Assembly (NCBI GenBank): GCA_003228115.1 | Contig: QEVV01000003.1 | Coordinates: forward strand, 77,466 to 141,465 | DNA from: Chloroflexota bacterium | GTDB taxonomy: Bacteria > Chloroflexota > Dehalococcoidia > Lucifugimonadales > SAR202-VII-2 | DNA length: 64,000 bases | Direction of reading: 5' to 3' | Shown here: positions 8,758-18,026 of the stretch, piece after piece | Layout: every line of letters begins with the position of its first letter | How positions within the stretch are numbered: the stretch's first letter is position 1 | Made by a program: the position numbers and the translations under genes | Notes under the pieces: model-generated | Databases searched by the model: none | Told to the model about the DNA's origin: nothing | Seen by the model: only the letters and a program-made list of their open reading frames with translations

Positions 8758-9840
8758 CTACAGGTTGTAGAAGCGCCGCGCATTGTCGCTCAAGATCTTA
8801 TCTGCAACTTCCATGGTGATGTCTCCCTGCTCCGCTCGGGATCGCAGGATGCGGTGGGCTTCCAGTTCGGCCGATTGGTCCTGGTGGCCGTAATCGGAGC
8901 CGAGGATCAGGCAGTCCTCGACCCCATACGGAAGGATATAGGACAGATCGTCCATGGTATCGCAGGTCACGTAGAACCGGCCCTGTCCAAACAGCTCCCG
9001 AGCGAATTCGAACTTCAAGGAGTTCATGCGCTTCTGTTTCGCCTCAAGATCGTGGACTAGGTAGGGCACCCAAGATGCAGAGGCCTCTATCCAACCAAAC
9101 CGAAGGTTCGGGAATTGAGATGGAACGTTGTTGAGGACTAGGTTAATGAACGCCGAGATGGTAAGCAGATTACCCAGACTCACGGCGCCGCTGAAGGAAG
9201 AAGAGAATTCCGTCAGCGCCGGGTTTCCACCGAACGTGTCGCCGGTATGGAAACAGATCGGCACGTTCAGGCGGCTCACCTCTTCATAAAGGGGAAAGAA
9301 GTATGGATCGCCGACGCCCCGGCCACCGCAGTCGAGGGCCCGCTTGTAGAGCCCACAGGCGCCATGGTCCACAGCGTAACGCAACTCCTTCACAGCCTCA
9401 TCGATGCTCAGCAGGGGCAGGATTGCGACCCACCTCAGCCGACCTTGAGAGGCGGCGGTTCGGTCGGCCATCCAACGGTTGTAAGAGCGGCACAGGGCAA
9501 GTTCTACATCCGGGCGAGGGGTCAGCGCGCTGAGCATCAAGGTGGGGTATATAACCTGAATGTCGACCCCTATCTCGTCCATCCGGCTCATCCTCTCGTC
9601 GATATTAACCAACTCGCGGGTAGCCAGGGTTGTCCCCGTCCTTTGGTCGTTGCGGAAACGCCGAACCCGGAGCTGGCCGTCAATCAGCCATAGGCGATGA
9701 GGACGAGCGTCTCCCTCTACTAGCCCGCGCTGGCCAGGAGCATCCATCGCCAGAGGCCTGAATTGCTGCTCCCCTTCTGCTAGGTACTCCCAGGTCGCCT
9801 CGGTCTCATCGATGTGAGTATCCGCGTCCACTACTAACAT
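8758..9840 (-). CDS. Amidohydrolase-2 family protein, paralog 2
   Basis: Start moved to MLVVDADTHIDE (AGGAGG 11 nt upstream); the ORF track starts at 9879. Shares the motif ...LCRSYNRWMAD... with the two neighbouring paralogs. Confidence 0.85.
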   Translation of the reverse strand: MLVVDADTHIDETEATWEYLAEGEQQFRPLAMDAPGQRGLVEGDARPHRLWLIDGQLRVRRFRNDQRTGTTLATRELVNIDERMSRMDEIGVDIQVIYPTLMLSALTPRPDVELALCRSYNRWMADRTAASQGRLRWVAILPLLSIDEAVKELRYAVDHGACGLYKRALDCGGRGVGDPYFFPLYEEVSRLNVPICFHTGDTFGGNPALTEFSSSFSGAVSLGNLLTISAFINLVLNNVPSQFPNLRFGWIEASASWVPYLVHDLEAKQKRMNSLKFEFARELFGQGRFYVTCDTMDDLSYILPYGVEDCLILGSDYGHQDQSAELEAHRILRSRAEQGDITMEVADKILSDNARRFYNL

Positions 9841-9940
9841 GGCCGTTGATACCTCCTGCGCATAGGGATGGCGGCCCACCTAATTCCTCGGTGCACCACT
9901 GCTGGCGCAAACGACCGCGCGTCTCGTCCAGGCCGGCCAC

Positions 9941-11008
9941 TTACAGGCTGTAAAACGCCACGGGATTGTCGTCGAGGATCTTATTTATTGTTACTGAGGA
10001 CAGGCCCTCGTGCTTGCGGAACTCCTGGAGCGCATATATCTCGGTGGATGTGTCGGCGTGGCCGTAGTCAGTTCCCAGCATCAAATTGTCGTCGCCCACA
10101 TAGCGCATGATCGTCTCGTGGTCGTCGTTCGTTTGGCAAGCAACCCACATGCGGTTCTTCCGTAAGGCGTCACCTGTCCACTCGCGGCCTCGTCTCTGAA
10201 CCCTTCGTTCCAGATCGTGGAGCACGTAGGGAAGCCACTGCGAACTCAATTCCACGAACCCTATGCGTAGCTGGGGAAACTTGTCCGGGGTGGCCGTGTA
10301 GAGCAACTGATGGAAGGCGCTGACGCCGGGGAACTTGGCCCTGGCAAAGGTGGCATTAGGCGGAGCCCAGATGCGGTCTATGTCAAAGCTGCCGTTCCCG
10401 GCGTGAATGCACATGGGCATGTCCAACTCGCTCAAGCGGTCATACAAGGGGTAAAAGTATTCATCAATGAGCAGCCGGTCCCCAAGCTCAACACCCCGCA
10501 TGAAGATGCCGCAAGCGCCATTGTCCTTGGCAAAGCTGAGTTCCTCCAGCGCTTCGTCCATGTCGTAGAGTGGCAGAACGGCGGCCCACCTCAACCTGCC
10601 TTTGCTTTCCGCCCATACATCGGCCAGCCAGCGGTTGTAGCTCCGACGCACGCCGTGCTCAACCTCCGGCTTTTCCGAAATGGGCGACAAGAAGATGGTT
10701 GGATAGAGAATCTGGACATCAGTTCCCAGTTCATCCATGTGACGGACCCGTGCCTGGACATCTAGCAGAAACTTGGAGTCGTCTGAAAGGGCCACATTAT
10801 CTGAGTGAGGGCCCAACATGGAGAACTTGCCGCCGCCAGGGTATGGGGCGCTGAAGAGCCGGCCGTCTATGGCCCAGGACTTGCTAACCTCACCGCTGGC
10901 CAGGGTCTCGCTGACCAGTTGGGGACGGTACTGGCGCACCGAAGGGTCCATATAGTCCCACGTCTTGTCTATCTCCAAGACGTGAGCATCTGCATCAATG
11001 ATGCGCAT
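9941..11008 (-). CDS. Amidohydrolase-2 family protein, paralog 3
   Basis: MRIIDADAHVLE, DVQARVRHMDELGTDVQILYP and GTDYGHADTSTEIYALQ are near-identical blocks to the 6898-7971 product. GGGAGGTG Shine-Dalgarno. Confidence 0.85.
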   Translation of the reverse strand: MRIIDADAHVLEIDKTWDYMDPSVRQYRPQLVSETLASGEVSKSWAIDGRLFSAPYPGGGKFSMLGPHSDNVALSDDSKFLLDVQARVRHMDELGTDVQILYPTIFLSPISEKPEVEHGVRRSYNRWLADVWAESKGRLRWAAVLPLYDMDEALEELSFAKDNGACGIFMRGVELGDRLLIDEYFYPLYDRLSELDMPMCIHAGNGSFDIDRIWAPPNATFARAKFPGVSAFHQLLYTATPDKFPQLRIGFVELSSQWLPYVLHDLERRVQRRGREWTGDALRKNRMWVACQTNDDHETIMRYVGDDNLMLGTDYGHADTSTEIYALQEFRKHEGLSSVTINKILDDNPVAFYSL

Positions 11009-11123
11009 TCAACACCTCCCACTGAACTACGCACGCCTCCGCCCGCGCCCGAGGGCGCTGACGAAGGCGTGCGTCTTCGTTCATCTTAGGACCCATTACG
11101 GCCCTCCCATCAGCGGGCCTCAG

Positions 11124-12329
11124 CTATTCGTAGAGCGGCCGTATGATGGCCAATGCTTCATCGGACACCTGCATACCCGCCATGAGCGCTGCAATGAACT
11201 GGTCGTAAGGAAGAGGGTTGACCGGCCGGCCCACGCGCTCTGCGTCAGAGATAAAGTCCGGGTCGTTCATCGTCTTCCAGAACGCGTCCCGCAGCACCAG
11301 GACCCTGTCCTCCGGCGTTCCGGGCGGCGCACCGAAGGGCCGGAAGACCGCGTAGGGTATGGTCAATGCCCTGAACACTTCCATGTAGGCAGGGGTCGTC
11401 AAGTCCTCGAACTCGTCAAATACCGGCGTGTCGGGAATAATCTCGTCCGGCCCGGCTAACGAGAAGAGGATAAAGGGATTGACGTAGCCCGACGAAATCC
11501 ATTCTGGCCGAGCGCCGACGATGGAGCTCGCTGGGTATCCACAGAATCCGTGGACCTCTCCCTGTTCGACGGCGATGAACATGTCCCCAGTGCCTCCATA
11601 GCCAGACACATTCTTGAGGTTCGTGCCAAAGGCCTCGTTCAAGAGGTCAACGAAGAAGGTGGTGCTGGCAAACGCCCCCATGGGGATCTCGGGGCCGCCT
11701 ATCAGGTCCTCGAAGGAGGTGATGTTCCCTTCGGCTTCCGTCGTGATGGCACAGTTGGGCTTGGATTGCTGGATGTGCCCAAGGTATTCAAAGTTGGCGA
11801 AGTCGAGCTGCACGCCAGGGCCTTTAACCAGCGCCTGGCCCATGAGCTCCATATGTATAGGAGAAATGGTCAGGCCGTCAGGCTTGGCAGAGTTGTACAG
11901 GAAATTATTGCCGATAAGGCCGCCGGCCCCGGGCATGTTCTGGATGATCATGGACGGCTTGCCGGGGATGTACTGCGGCATGTGCTTAGCAACGATACGG
12001 GAGAAGAAGTCATAGCCTCCGCCAGGAACTGAGCCCACGATTATCCTGATAGTTTTGCCCTCGAAGAAGTCGGTCTCGGGAGGCGGCTGTGTGGGGGCAG
12101 AAGTGGCCGTGGGCCTGGGAGTGGCCGTGGGCGGACGCGAGGTGGCGGTCGGCTGTGGAGTCTCGCCTGGGGCCAGGGTTGGAGGCACCGCAGTAGCTGT
12201 GGGCGGAACAGCCGTGTTTGTCGGCGCGGCCGTAGGTCGCGTTGTGGCCGTTGGGTCCGAGTTGCAGGCAGCAGCTATCAACGCCAACGCCAGCACCATA
12301 ACCCCAATGAGAACCTTCCAAGACTTCAT
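11124..12329 (-). CDS. Tripartite tricarboxylate transporter substrate-binding (TctC/Bug-family) lipoprotein with long Pro/Thr linker
   Basis: Start at MKSWKVLIGVMVLALALIAAACNS (GGAGG Shine-Dalgarno, lipobox). About 70 aa of P/T-rich linker. Core IRIIVGSVPGGGYDFFSRIVAKHMPQYIPGKPSMIIQNMPGAGG is typical of TctC/Bug proteins. Confidence 0.8.
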   Translation of the reverse strand: MKSWKVLIGVMVLALALIAAACNSDPTATTRPTAAPTNTAVPPTATAVPPTLAPGETPQPTATSRPPTATPRPTATSAPTQPPPETDFFEGKTIRIIVGSVPGGGYDFFSRIVAKHMPQYIPGKPSMIIQNMPGAGGLIGNNFLYNSAKPDGLTISPIHMELMGQALVKGPGVQLDFANFEYLGHIQQSKPNCAITTEAEGNITSFEDLIGGPEIPMGAFASTTFFVDLLNEAFGTNLKNVSGYGGTGDMFIAVEQGEVHGFCGYPASSIVGARPEWISSGYVNPFILFSLAGPDEIIPDTPVFDEFEDLTTPAYMEVFRALTIPYAVFRPFGAPPGTPEDRVLVLRDAFWKTMNDPDFISDAERVGRPVNPLPYDQFIAALMAGMQVSDEALAIIRPLYE

Positions 12330-12427
12330 CACTGACCTCCAATCGATTTGAATCAACTCGACGCCTTACCATCTATGCGGATCGACCCCGGGTCATAGTT
12401 CACCAGGGACTTCGATTCGTGGTGTCC

Positions 12428-13198
12428 TCACATGCTAGTGAGCCCTGTGTCCCACGGTATTACTTGAAGTTTTCCGTCCTCAACCATGACCGAGTTGCCA
12501 CTGTATTCCATTCCCGCCTCTGCGCCAAGCACGAAAAGGTCGCCGACAGCGTCTGGGGCGTGCATGGTCGCCTGGGCTTCCTCGGGCGCCTCTTCCGTGG
12601 CAATGGCTACGAGTACATGCGTGGTCAGTACGCAAATGTTGCTTTCCCGCTCCTCCTGGGCCACAAAGCGGGTCAGGGCCTCAATTGCCGCCTTGGAAAC
12701 CGAGTAGGCACAGAAACCGGTTCGGCTGGGAGTGCCACCACGGGGCGCTGTGCCAACGCTCAATATATGTCCCCCACCCTGCTTGACCATGTAAGGGATT
12801 GCGTGCTTCATGCAGGTGAACGTACCACCCAAGTTGGTCCCGATAACCTTGTCCCAGAAGGACTGTTCCATATCCCGAACCGGGGGCCAGATGGGAACCC
12901 CCCACTGGAAATGCGTCACAATTGCGGCGTTGTTCAGAAGAATGTCAACGCTCCCGAAGTGGGAAGATGCGCGCTCCATAAGCGCCTTCACTTGCGCTTC
13001 ATCACGAACATCAGCATTCACGGCCAGGGCGTCGCTACCAAGTTCACGCACCTCGCTGACAACACGTTCCATTTTTGCTGGGTCTTCAATATCAGCAACA
13101 ACGATCTTGGCTCCTGCTCTTGCAAGAGAATGAGCGGCATACCTGCCCACTCCCTTGGCTGACCCCGTTATGACCGCTACCTGTCCCGTCAGTGCCAT
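12428..13198 (-). CDS. SDR-family oxidoreductase (classical short-chain dehydrogenase)
   Basis: VAVITGSAKGVGR glycine motif, NNAA, and S...YSVSK catalytic motif. 256 aa. Confidence 0.9.
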   Translation of the reverse strand: MALTGQVAVITGSAKGVGRYAAHSLARAGAKIVVADIEDPAKMERVVSEVRELGSDALAVNADVRDEAQVKALMERASSHFGSVDILLNNAAIVTHFQWGVPIWPPVRDMEQSFWDKVIGTNLGGTFTCMKHAIPYMVKQGGGHILSVGTAPRGGTPSRTGFCAYSVSKAAIEALTRFVAQEERESNICVLTTHVLVAIATEEAPEEAQATMHAPDAVGDLFVLGAEAGMEYSGNSVMVEDGKLQVIPWDTGLTSM

Positions 13199-13240
13199 AC
13201 CTTTAACCTTCTCTTGCAGGCGACCCGAAAAGATGCCACA

Positions 13241-13269
13241 AAGATAGTCGGCGGCCTACCACGTGTCAA
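13241..13269 (-). promoter_or_regulatory. Candidate sigma-70-type promoter for the SDR gene (TTGACA-17-TATCTT on the minus strand)
   Basis: Reverse complement reads TTGACA, a 17-nt spacer, then TATCTT, about 45 nt upstream of the ATG at 13198. Confidence 0.35.
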
Positions 13270-13342
13270 TGACTAAAGAGGCCAACTAGAAGCCTGGTTT
13301 GCTCTTTGTCAGAGAACCCGGCTTGGGTGACAGCCCCTACAA

Positions 13343-13371
13343 TGGACAGCCCTACAAGGCGAGGCTACAAT
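13343..13371 (+). promoter_or_regulatory. Candidate promoter for sucC-like gene (TGGACA-17-TACAAT)
   Basis: Read directly. Lies in a run of three CTACAA(T/G) direct repeats (13336-13371), about 55 nt before the GTG start. Confidence 0.3.
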
Positions 13372-13428
13372 CGTGCGGGCAAGCGGACAGTGCACCGTCT
13401 GAACCAAACACACAGGGATGATGAAAAA

Positions 13429-14589
13429 GTGAAGCTCCACGAGTTCCAATCCAAAGCCATGCTGCGTGACGCTGGCGTGCCTGTCCCCAATGGTGATGTT
13501 GCAGCGACACCTGACGACGCAGCCCGCATCCTGGGTGAGCTTGGCGGCAAGGCAGTCATCAAGGCCCAGGTTCATGCCGGGGGCCGGGGGAAGGCTGGCG
13601 GGGTCAAGGTGGTGTCTTCAGCGGAGGAAGCTCGCGAGGTAACCGCCAGGCTCATCGGCTCCAACCTCGTCACCCATCAGACAGGTCCTGAGGGTGCACC
13701 AGTGCACCAGGTCCTTGTTGAAGAGACCATCAACGTCGCCACGGAAATGTTCCTTGCGATCTTGGTCGACAGAGCAGTCGGCGGGCCGGTGGTCATAGCC
13801 AGTGAAGCCGGCGGCATGGAAATCGAAGAGGTAGCTGAATCAACGCCTGAAAAGATCATCCAAGAGGTCGTTGACCCAGCGCTGGGTCTCTTCCCTTTCC
13901 AGGGACGGCGCCTAGCCTACGGGATGGGAATAGACCCCAAGTTGGTAGGCGCGGCTTCTTCAATGTTTGTGAAGCTCTTCGAACTGTTTCAGGCGACTGA
14001 CTGCTCAATGCTGGAGATCAACCCCCTTGTTATCACTGACGACGGCCGTCTCCTGTGCGTCGACGCCAAGATCACCCTGGAAGACGACGCCCTCTTCCGC
14101 CACGCTTCTCTCTACGAGCTCCGAGACCGGGACCAAGAGGACCCGCTTGAGGCGGAAGCCACCGAATATCAAGTTCAATACATACGCCTGGACGGAAACG
14201 TAGGCTGCTTGGTCAACGGGGCTGGCCTCGCCATGGCCACCATGGACACAGCGCTCATGGCTGGTGCTGCTCCTGCCAATTTCTTGGATGTAGGCGGCTC
14301 CGCTGATGAGACGAAGGTCTCCAACGCCATCAAGCTCATTCTCAAAGACCCCAGCGTCGAAGCCATCCTTATCAACATCTTCGGGGGCATCCTGCGCTGC
14401 GACATCGTGGCAAGGGGCGTCATCCAGGCTGATCAGGAATTTGGCGTTAAGGTGCCCTTGGTAGCCCGCATGCTGGGAACAAACGCTGAGGAAGGGCGGC
14501 GCATCCTGACAGAGTCCGACCTAAATGTATCGTTCGCAGATACCTTGGCCGATGCGGCCGACAGGGTTCGGGAAGTGGCGACTCGCTAG
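13429..14589 (+). CDS. sucC: Succinate--CoA ligase (ADP-forming) beta subunit-like ATP-grasp protein
   Basis: GTG start gives [20 protein letters not shown], the canonical SucC N-terminus. The 41 upstream codons in the ORF track look non-coding. C-terminal [11 protein letters not shown]...NFLDVGGSA...INIFGGI motifs are present. Confidence 0.85.
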   Translation: MKLHEFQSKAMLRDAGVPVPNGDVAATPDDAARILGELGGKAVIKAQVHAGGRGKAGGVKVVSSAEEAREVTARLIGSNLVTHQTGPEGAPVHQVLVEETINVATEMFLAILVDRAVGGPVVIASEAGGMEIEEVAESTPEKIIQEVVDPALGLFPFQGRRLAYGMGIDPKLVGAASSMFVKLFELFQATDCSMLEINPLVITDDGRLLCVDAKITLEDDALFRHASLYELRDRDQEDPLEAEATEYQVQYIRLDGNVGCLVNGAGLAMATMDTALMAGAAPANFLDVGGSADETKVSNAIKLILKDPSVEAILINIFGGILRCDIVARGVIQADQEFGVKVPLVARMLGTNAEEGRRILTESDLNVSFADTLADAADRVREVATR

Positions 14590-14605
14590 ATAGCGGAGGC
14601 CTCGC

Positions 14606-15634
14606 ATGAAGTTCGGCGCGTTCTTCTTGCTGCAGTCGCCACAAGCGCGGCCTACTGAAGAGGTCTACACCCAAGTCCTCGACCAAATAAGGTACGCCGA
14701 CGACCTGGGCTTTGACTCAGTTTGGATCGCCGAGCACCACTTCTCCACATACGGCTACTGCCCCAACCCTCTCATGCTGGCCGTGAAGGCCGCCCAAATC
14801 ACCAAGCGCGTTCGAGTTGGCACGGCAGTCATCGTCCTACCCTTCTGGCATCCCCTGCGGTTGGCTGAAGATATAGCGCTGGCAGACGTGCTTACCGAAG
14901 GACGCTTGGATGTGGGCGTCGCCAGAGGCTACCAGCCATACGAGTTCGAACGGCTAGGTCTGGACATTTCAGAGAGCCGCGCATTATCCGATGAGACGCT
15001 GGACGTGCTCCTCAAGGCCCTTACCACCGTAGGCTTTGAACACAAGGGCAAGTATTACAACTTCCCCGAAACGACGACCTATCCCCGCCCTCTGCAACAA
15101 CCACACACGCCCATCTGGCTGGCTGCGACAAGCAAAGAAAGCGTCGAAAGTGCTGTCCGCCGACGCCTGAACCTGTTCACGACAAGCTCCACCAGGCCCA
15201 TGGCGCCCCTCGCTGAGACGTGGGCGGTGCTGAAAAACGCCTGGCAGGAACACGGCGTCGCCCCAGAATCGATGGAGTTCGCCGTACAGCAGCATGTGCA
15301 TGTCGCTCCGACAGACAGGAAGGCCAGAGACCGGCTGGAACATTCCCTGTGGCACCACCGCCACTCCAACCGCCTGCGCCTGGGTACGGTCGAGGTGACA
15401 AAGGGGGTGGCCCACGCTGCACCCATGGACGACGAGCCGTCTCTAGAGGAGTTGTACGACACGCATACCATCGCAGGCAGTCCAGAAAGGGTCAGGGAGA
15501 AGATTGAGGAGTATCAAGAGACCGCTGGTTTGACGCAGTTGAACTGTTATCTCAACCTGGGAAGCCTAGACCAAGACATCATCAAGGACTCCATGCGGCT
15601 GATGGCCGAGAAGGTCATACCTCACTTCAAATAG
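14606..15634 (+). CDS. LLM-class flavin-dependent oxidoreductase (luciferase-like monooxygenase)
   Basis: MKFGAFFLLQ..., FDSVWIAEHHFS, and a ...GSPERVREKIEEY...VIPHFK tail. GGAGG Shine-Dalgarno. 17 nt after the sucC stop. Confidence 0.9.
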   Translation: MKFGAFFLLQSPQARPTEEVYTQVLDQIRYADDLGFDSVWIAEHHFSTYGYCPNPLMLAVKAAQITKRVRVGTAVIVLPFWHPLRLAEDIALADVLTEGRLDVGVARGYQPYEFERLGLDISESRALSDETLDVLLKALTTVGFEHKGKYYNFPETTTYPRPLQQPHTPIWLAATSKESVESAVRRRLNLFTTSSTRPMAPLAETWAVLKNAWQEHGVAPESMEFAVQQHVHVAPTDRKARDRLEHSLWHHRHSNRLRLGTVEVTKGVAHAAPMDDEPSLEELYDTHTIAGSPERVREKIEEYQETAGLTQLNCYLNLGSLDQDIIKDSMRLMAEKVIPHFK

Positions 15635-15723
15635 TGCTCTCCTGAGCCCCCCCACCCAATTCGCCCACGTCACCCCACTCTTGCACGTCACCGCCAGAAT
15701 ATTGTTCAAGGTATGCTGATTTC

Positions 15724-16599
15724 ATGACCGACTCCAGAGCCACGGCCCTCGTCACCGACAGCACAGTTTCCCTGCCGATGGGTCTCGCCGAGGAACTCGG
15801 CATTCACGTGGTGCCCATGCACGTAACGATGGGCGGACAGTCCTATCGGGACGGGATCGACATCACTGCCGGAGAGTTGTACCGATTGTTGCGAGGCGGC
15901 GCCGAGCTACCCCGTACTTCGACGCCCGACCCCGGCAACTTCGTGGCCGCGTTTGAAGAGGCTGCCACAGCTTCCCCCGGCATCGTCTGCGTAGTTGTGT
16001 CGCGCCGCTACAGCGCCGTGCTCGATGCGGCAAACACTGCGGCGGATGTGTTCCGCGAACAACGACCGGAGATTGACCTGCGCATCGTCGACAGCGGCAC
16101 GGCAGCGGGGGCGCAAGCAGCGCTGATGGTCGCCACGGCCCGCCGCATCGAAGCCAACACCAGCACCGACGAAGCGGAAGCCTTGGTCAACGCGTTGAAG
16201 GATAGGTCTTACATGCTGGCCGCCCTCGACACCCTGCACTATGTTGGCAAGGGAGGGCACGTTCCCCGCGTCGCTGCATGGGCTGGCGACCTGCTTCGCG
16301 TCAAGCCGATCCTTGAAATGGCGCCCGGAGGGGAGATCAACAGGCCGGAACGCCCGCGAACACGCCGCCGGGCCATCGAAAGGCTGGTCCACCTAGCCCA
16401 CGAGAAAATTGGGGATGCGCCAGCACTCATGAACGTTATCCATGCAGACGCCCTAGACGAGGCGGAGAGGCTGAAGGGCCGCGTGGCGGCAGAGTTTCAA
16501 TGCGAGGAAATCCTCGTGACCGAATTCTCGCCAGTCATCGGGGCACACACAGGGCCAGGGCTGCTGGGGCTAGCCTTCTGCATAGCCCCACGAGACTGA
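15724..16599 (+). CDS. DegV-family (fatty-acid-binding) protein
   Basis: LVTDSTVSLP start, ...TSTPDPGNFVAAFE..., ...VGKGGHV..., and the ...SPVIGAHTGPG C-terminal motif are typical of DegV. Confidence 0.85.
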   Translation: MTDSRATALVTDSTVSLPMGLAEELGIHVVPMHVTMGGQSYRDGIDITAGELYRLLRGGAELPRTSTPDPGNFVAAFEEAATASPGIVCVVVSRRYSAVLDAANTAADVFREQRPEIDLRIVDSGTAAGAQAALMVATARRIEANTSTDEAEALVNALKDRSYMLAALDTLHYVGKGGHVPRVAAWAGDLLRVKPILEMAPGGEINRPERPRTRRRAIERLVHLAHEKIGDAPALMNVIHADALDEAERLKGRVAAEFQCEEILVTEFSPVIGAHTGPGLLGLAFCIAPRD

Positions 16600-16658
16600 C
16601 GAGGGCATAGCATTGGCAAGTCCAGCATGGGCAACAGCCGCAGGCTGAAGGCCAACCG

Positions 16659-17732
16659 CTAGGGGGCGATGCCCATCGCCTGCGCCACCATTTGGAACGA
16701 ACGGGCTCTGTGCTCGAAGCTATAGCAGTTGGTCACGATGCCGATGTCTGTAGTGCCGAAGTCCTCAGCCGCCTTCAGTATCCCCTGCCGCACGACCTCA
16801 GGATCACCATCAATGCTGCGGTTGCTGAAACCTGCTACGTACTCCCGCTGTTGGTCTGTAAGCGGATAGACGGAAGCCTCTTCAGGCGGCATGAGTCCGG
16901 CGCCAATACCAAGCTGCAGGTAGCGATCCGCCCGAGTCAGCTGCCGGCTTGAGGCTACAAACAACGCCTCCTCAGTCGTCGGGGCGCACACAACCTGCAA
17001 GGTAACATTGAGCCTTGGCTCTGAAAGAAAGTTCGAGGGTTTGAAGTTGTCGTAGTACAGCTTGGCGACCGTGGGCCCTGTTGCCCCGGTCATGCCGAAA
17101 AACTCAGCGAAAGCGAAGGGAAGCCCGAGCATTGCCGCCAACCTTGCACTGTAGTCGCTGGAGCCGAGAAGCCATATTTCCGGCGCAGAGTCTGGAAGTG
17201 GCCCCGGAAAAGCCTTGATCCTCTCGAAGGGATTGCCGTCGTACCTGACGCCGCGGAGATAGACCAGTAGGTCGAGGATTTGCCCCGGAAACCCCTCAAC
17301 GTCAACCAAGGGACGGGGGTCGGCCAGTGCCTGAGAAGTGAGGCGGTCGCCTCCCGGGGCGCGGCCAATGCCTAGGTCTATCCTGCCGGGATAGAAGCTA
17401 TTCAGAATGCTGAATTGCTCGGCCACCTTCAGCGACGAGTAGTGGCTGAGCATTACGCCCCCGCTGCCAACCCGAATGCGGGACGTGTTGGCAGCGATTT
17501 GGCCTATCAGAATCTCAGGGCTTGTGCCTGCAAAAGCAGGGGTGTTGTGGTGCTCGGCTACCCAGTACCGGGAGTAACCTGCCTCCTCAGAAATCTGGGC
17601 CAGTTGAACTGTTTCACGCAGCGCCTCGGCTGCCGTCCCACCCCGGCGGAGAGGCGATTGATCCGCGACGCTGAGCGTTATCTGCTCGCTGACCGGTTTG
17701 CTGCTTTCTTGATTGGGGTCCATTGCTGTCAA
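16659..17732 (-). CDS. LLM-class flavin-dependent oxidoreductase (luciferase-family oxidoreductase group 1-like)
   Basis: YSRYWVAEHHNTPAFAGTSPEILI, GSGGVMLSHYS and GRIDLGIGRAPG motifs. 357 aa. Confidence 0.85.
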   Translation of the reverse strand: MTAMDPNQESSKPVSEQITLSVADQSPLRRGGTAAEALRETVQLAQISEEAGYSRYWVAEHHNTPAFAGTSPEILIGQIAANTSRIRVGSGGVMLSHYSSLKVAEQFSILNSFYPGRIDLGIGRAPGGDRLTSQALADPRPLVDVEGFPGQILDLLVYLRGVRYDGNPFERIKAFPGPLPDSAPEIWLLGSSDYSARLAAMLGLPFAFAEFFGMTGATGPTVAKLYYDNFKPSNFLSEPRLNVTLQVVCAPTTEEALFVASSRQLTRADRYLQLGIGAGLMPPEEASVYPLTDQQREYVAGFSNRSIDGDPEVVRQGILKAAEDFGTTDIGIVTNCYSFEHRARSFQMVAQAMGIAP

Positions 17733-17780
17733 ACATCGCTCCTATAGGGGAGGTTGTGGCGCTTCTGGCAAGCCAAGGCA

Positions 17781-17794
17781 GGGCGTTCAATTGA
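17781..17794. repeat. Half-copy (GGGCGTTCAATTGA) of the palindromic repeat
   Basis: Exact match to one arm plus the centre of the 28-mer. Lies 59 nt from the full copy at 17853. Confidence 0.4.
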
Positions 17795-17852
17795 GGCCAT
17801 CTCCAAAGTCGGCCGGTCAATCTAAGGGTGCCGAAAGTCGTTAATGACAGGC

Positions 17853-17880
17853 GTAGGGGCGTTTAATTAAACGCCCCTAC
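17853..17880. repeat. Perfect 28-nt palindrome GTAGGGGCGTTTAATTAAACGCCCCTAC (repeat family, copy 2)
   Basis: Same arms as copy 1. The centre is changed symmetrically (CAATTG to TAATTA), so it remains a perfect palindrome. Confidence 0.9.
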
Positions 17881-18026
17881 GATGCTCTGGCAACGAGAAT
17901 CGCTGCCCACTATGACGGCCCCCTAATTCTGGGACAGCCTCGATTGAATGCCTCTACCCGTCAGATTAGATACTAGCCAAGTCCTTTGAACAACCCGCCT
18001 TGCATACTTTTTCAATTCTATTCCAT

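Noticed and set aside
13306-13428. 41-codon N-terminal extension of sucC in the ORF track
   Set aside because: The canonical SucC N-terminus (MKLHEFQSK) begins at GTG 13429. The upstream part overlaps the predicted promoter and has no homology-like features.
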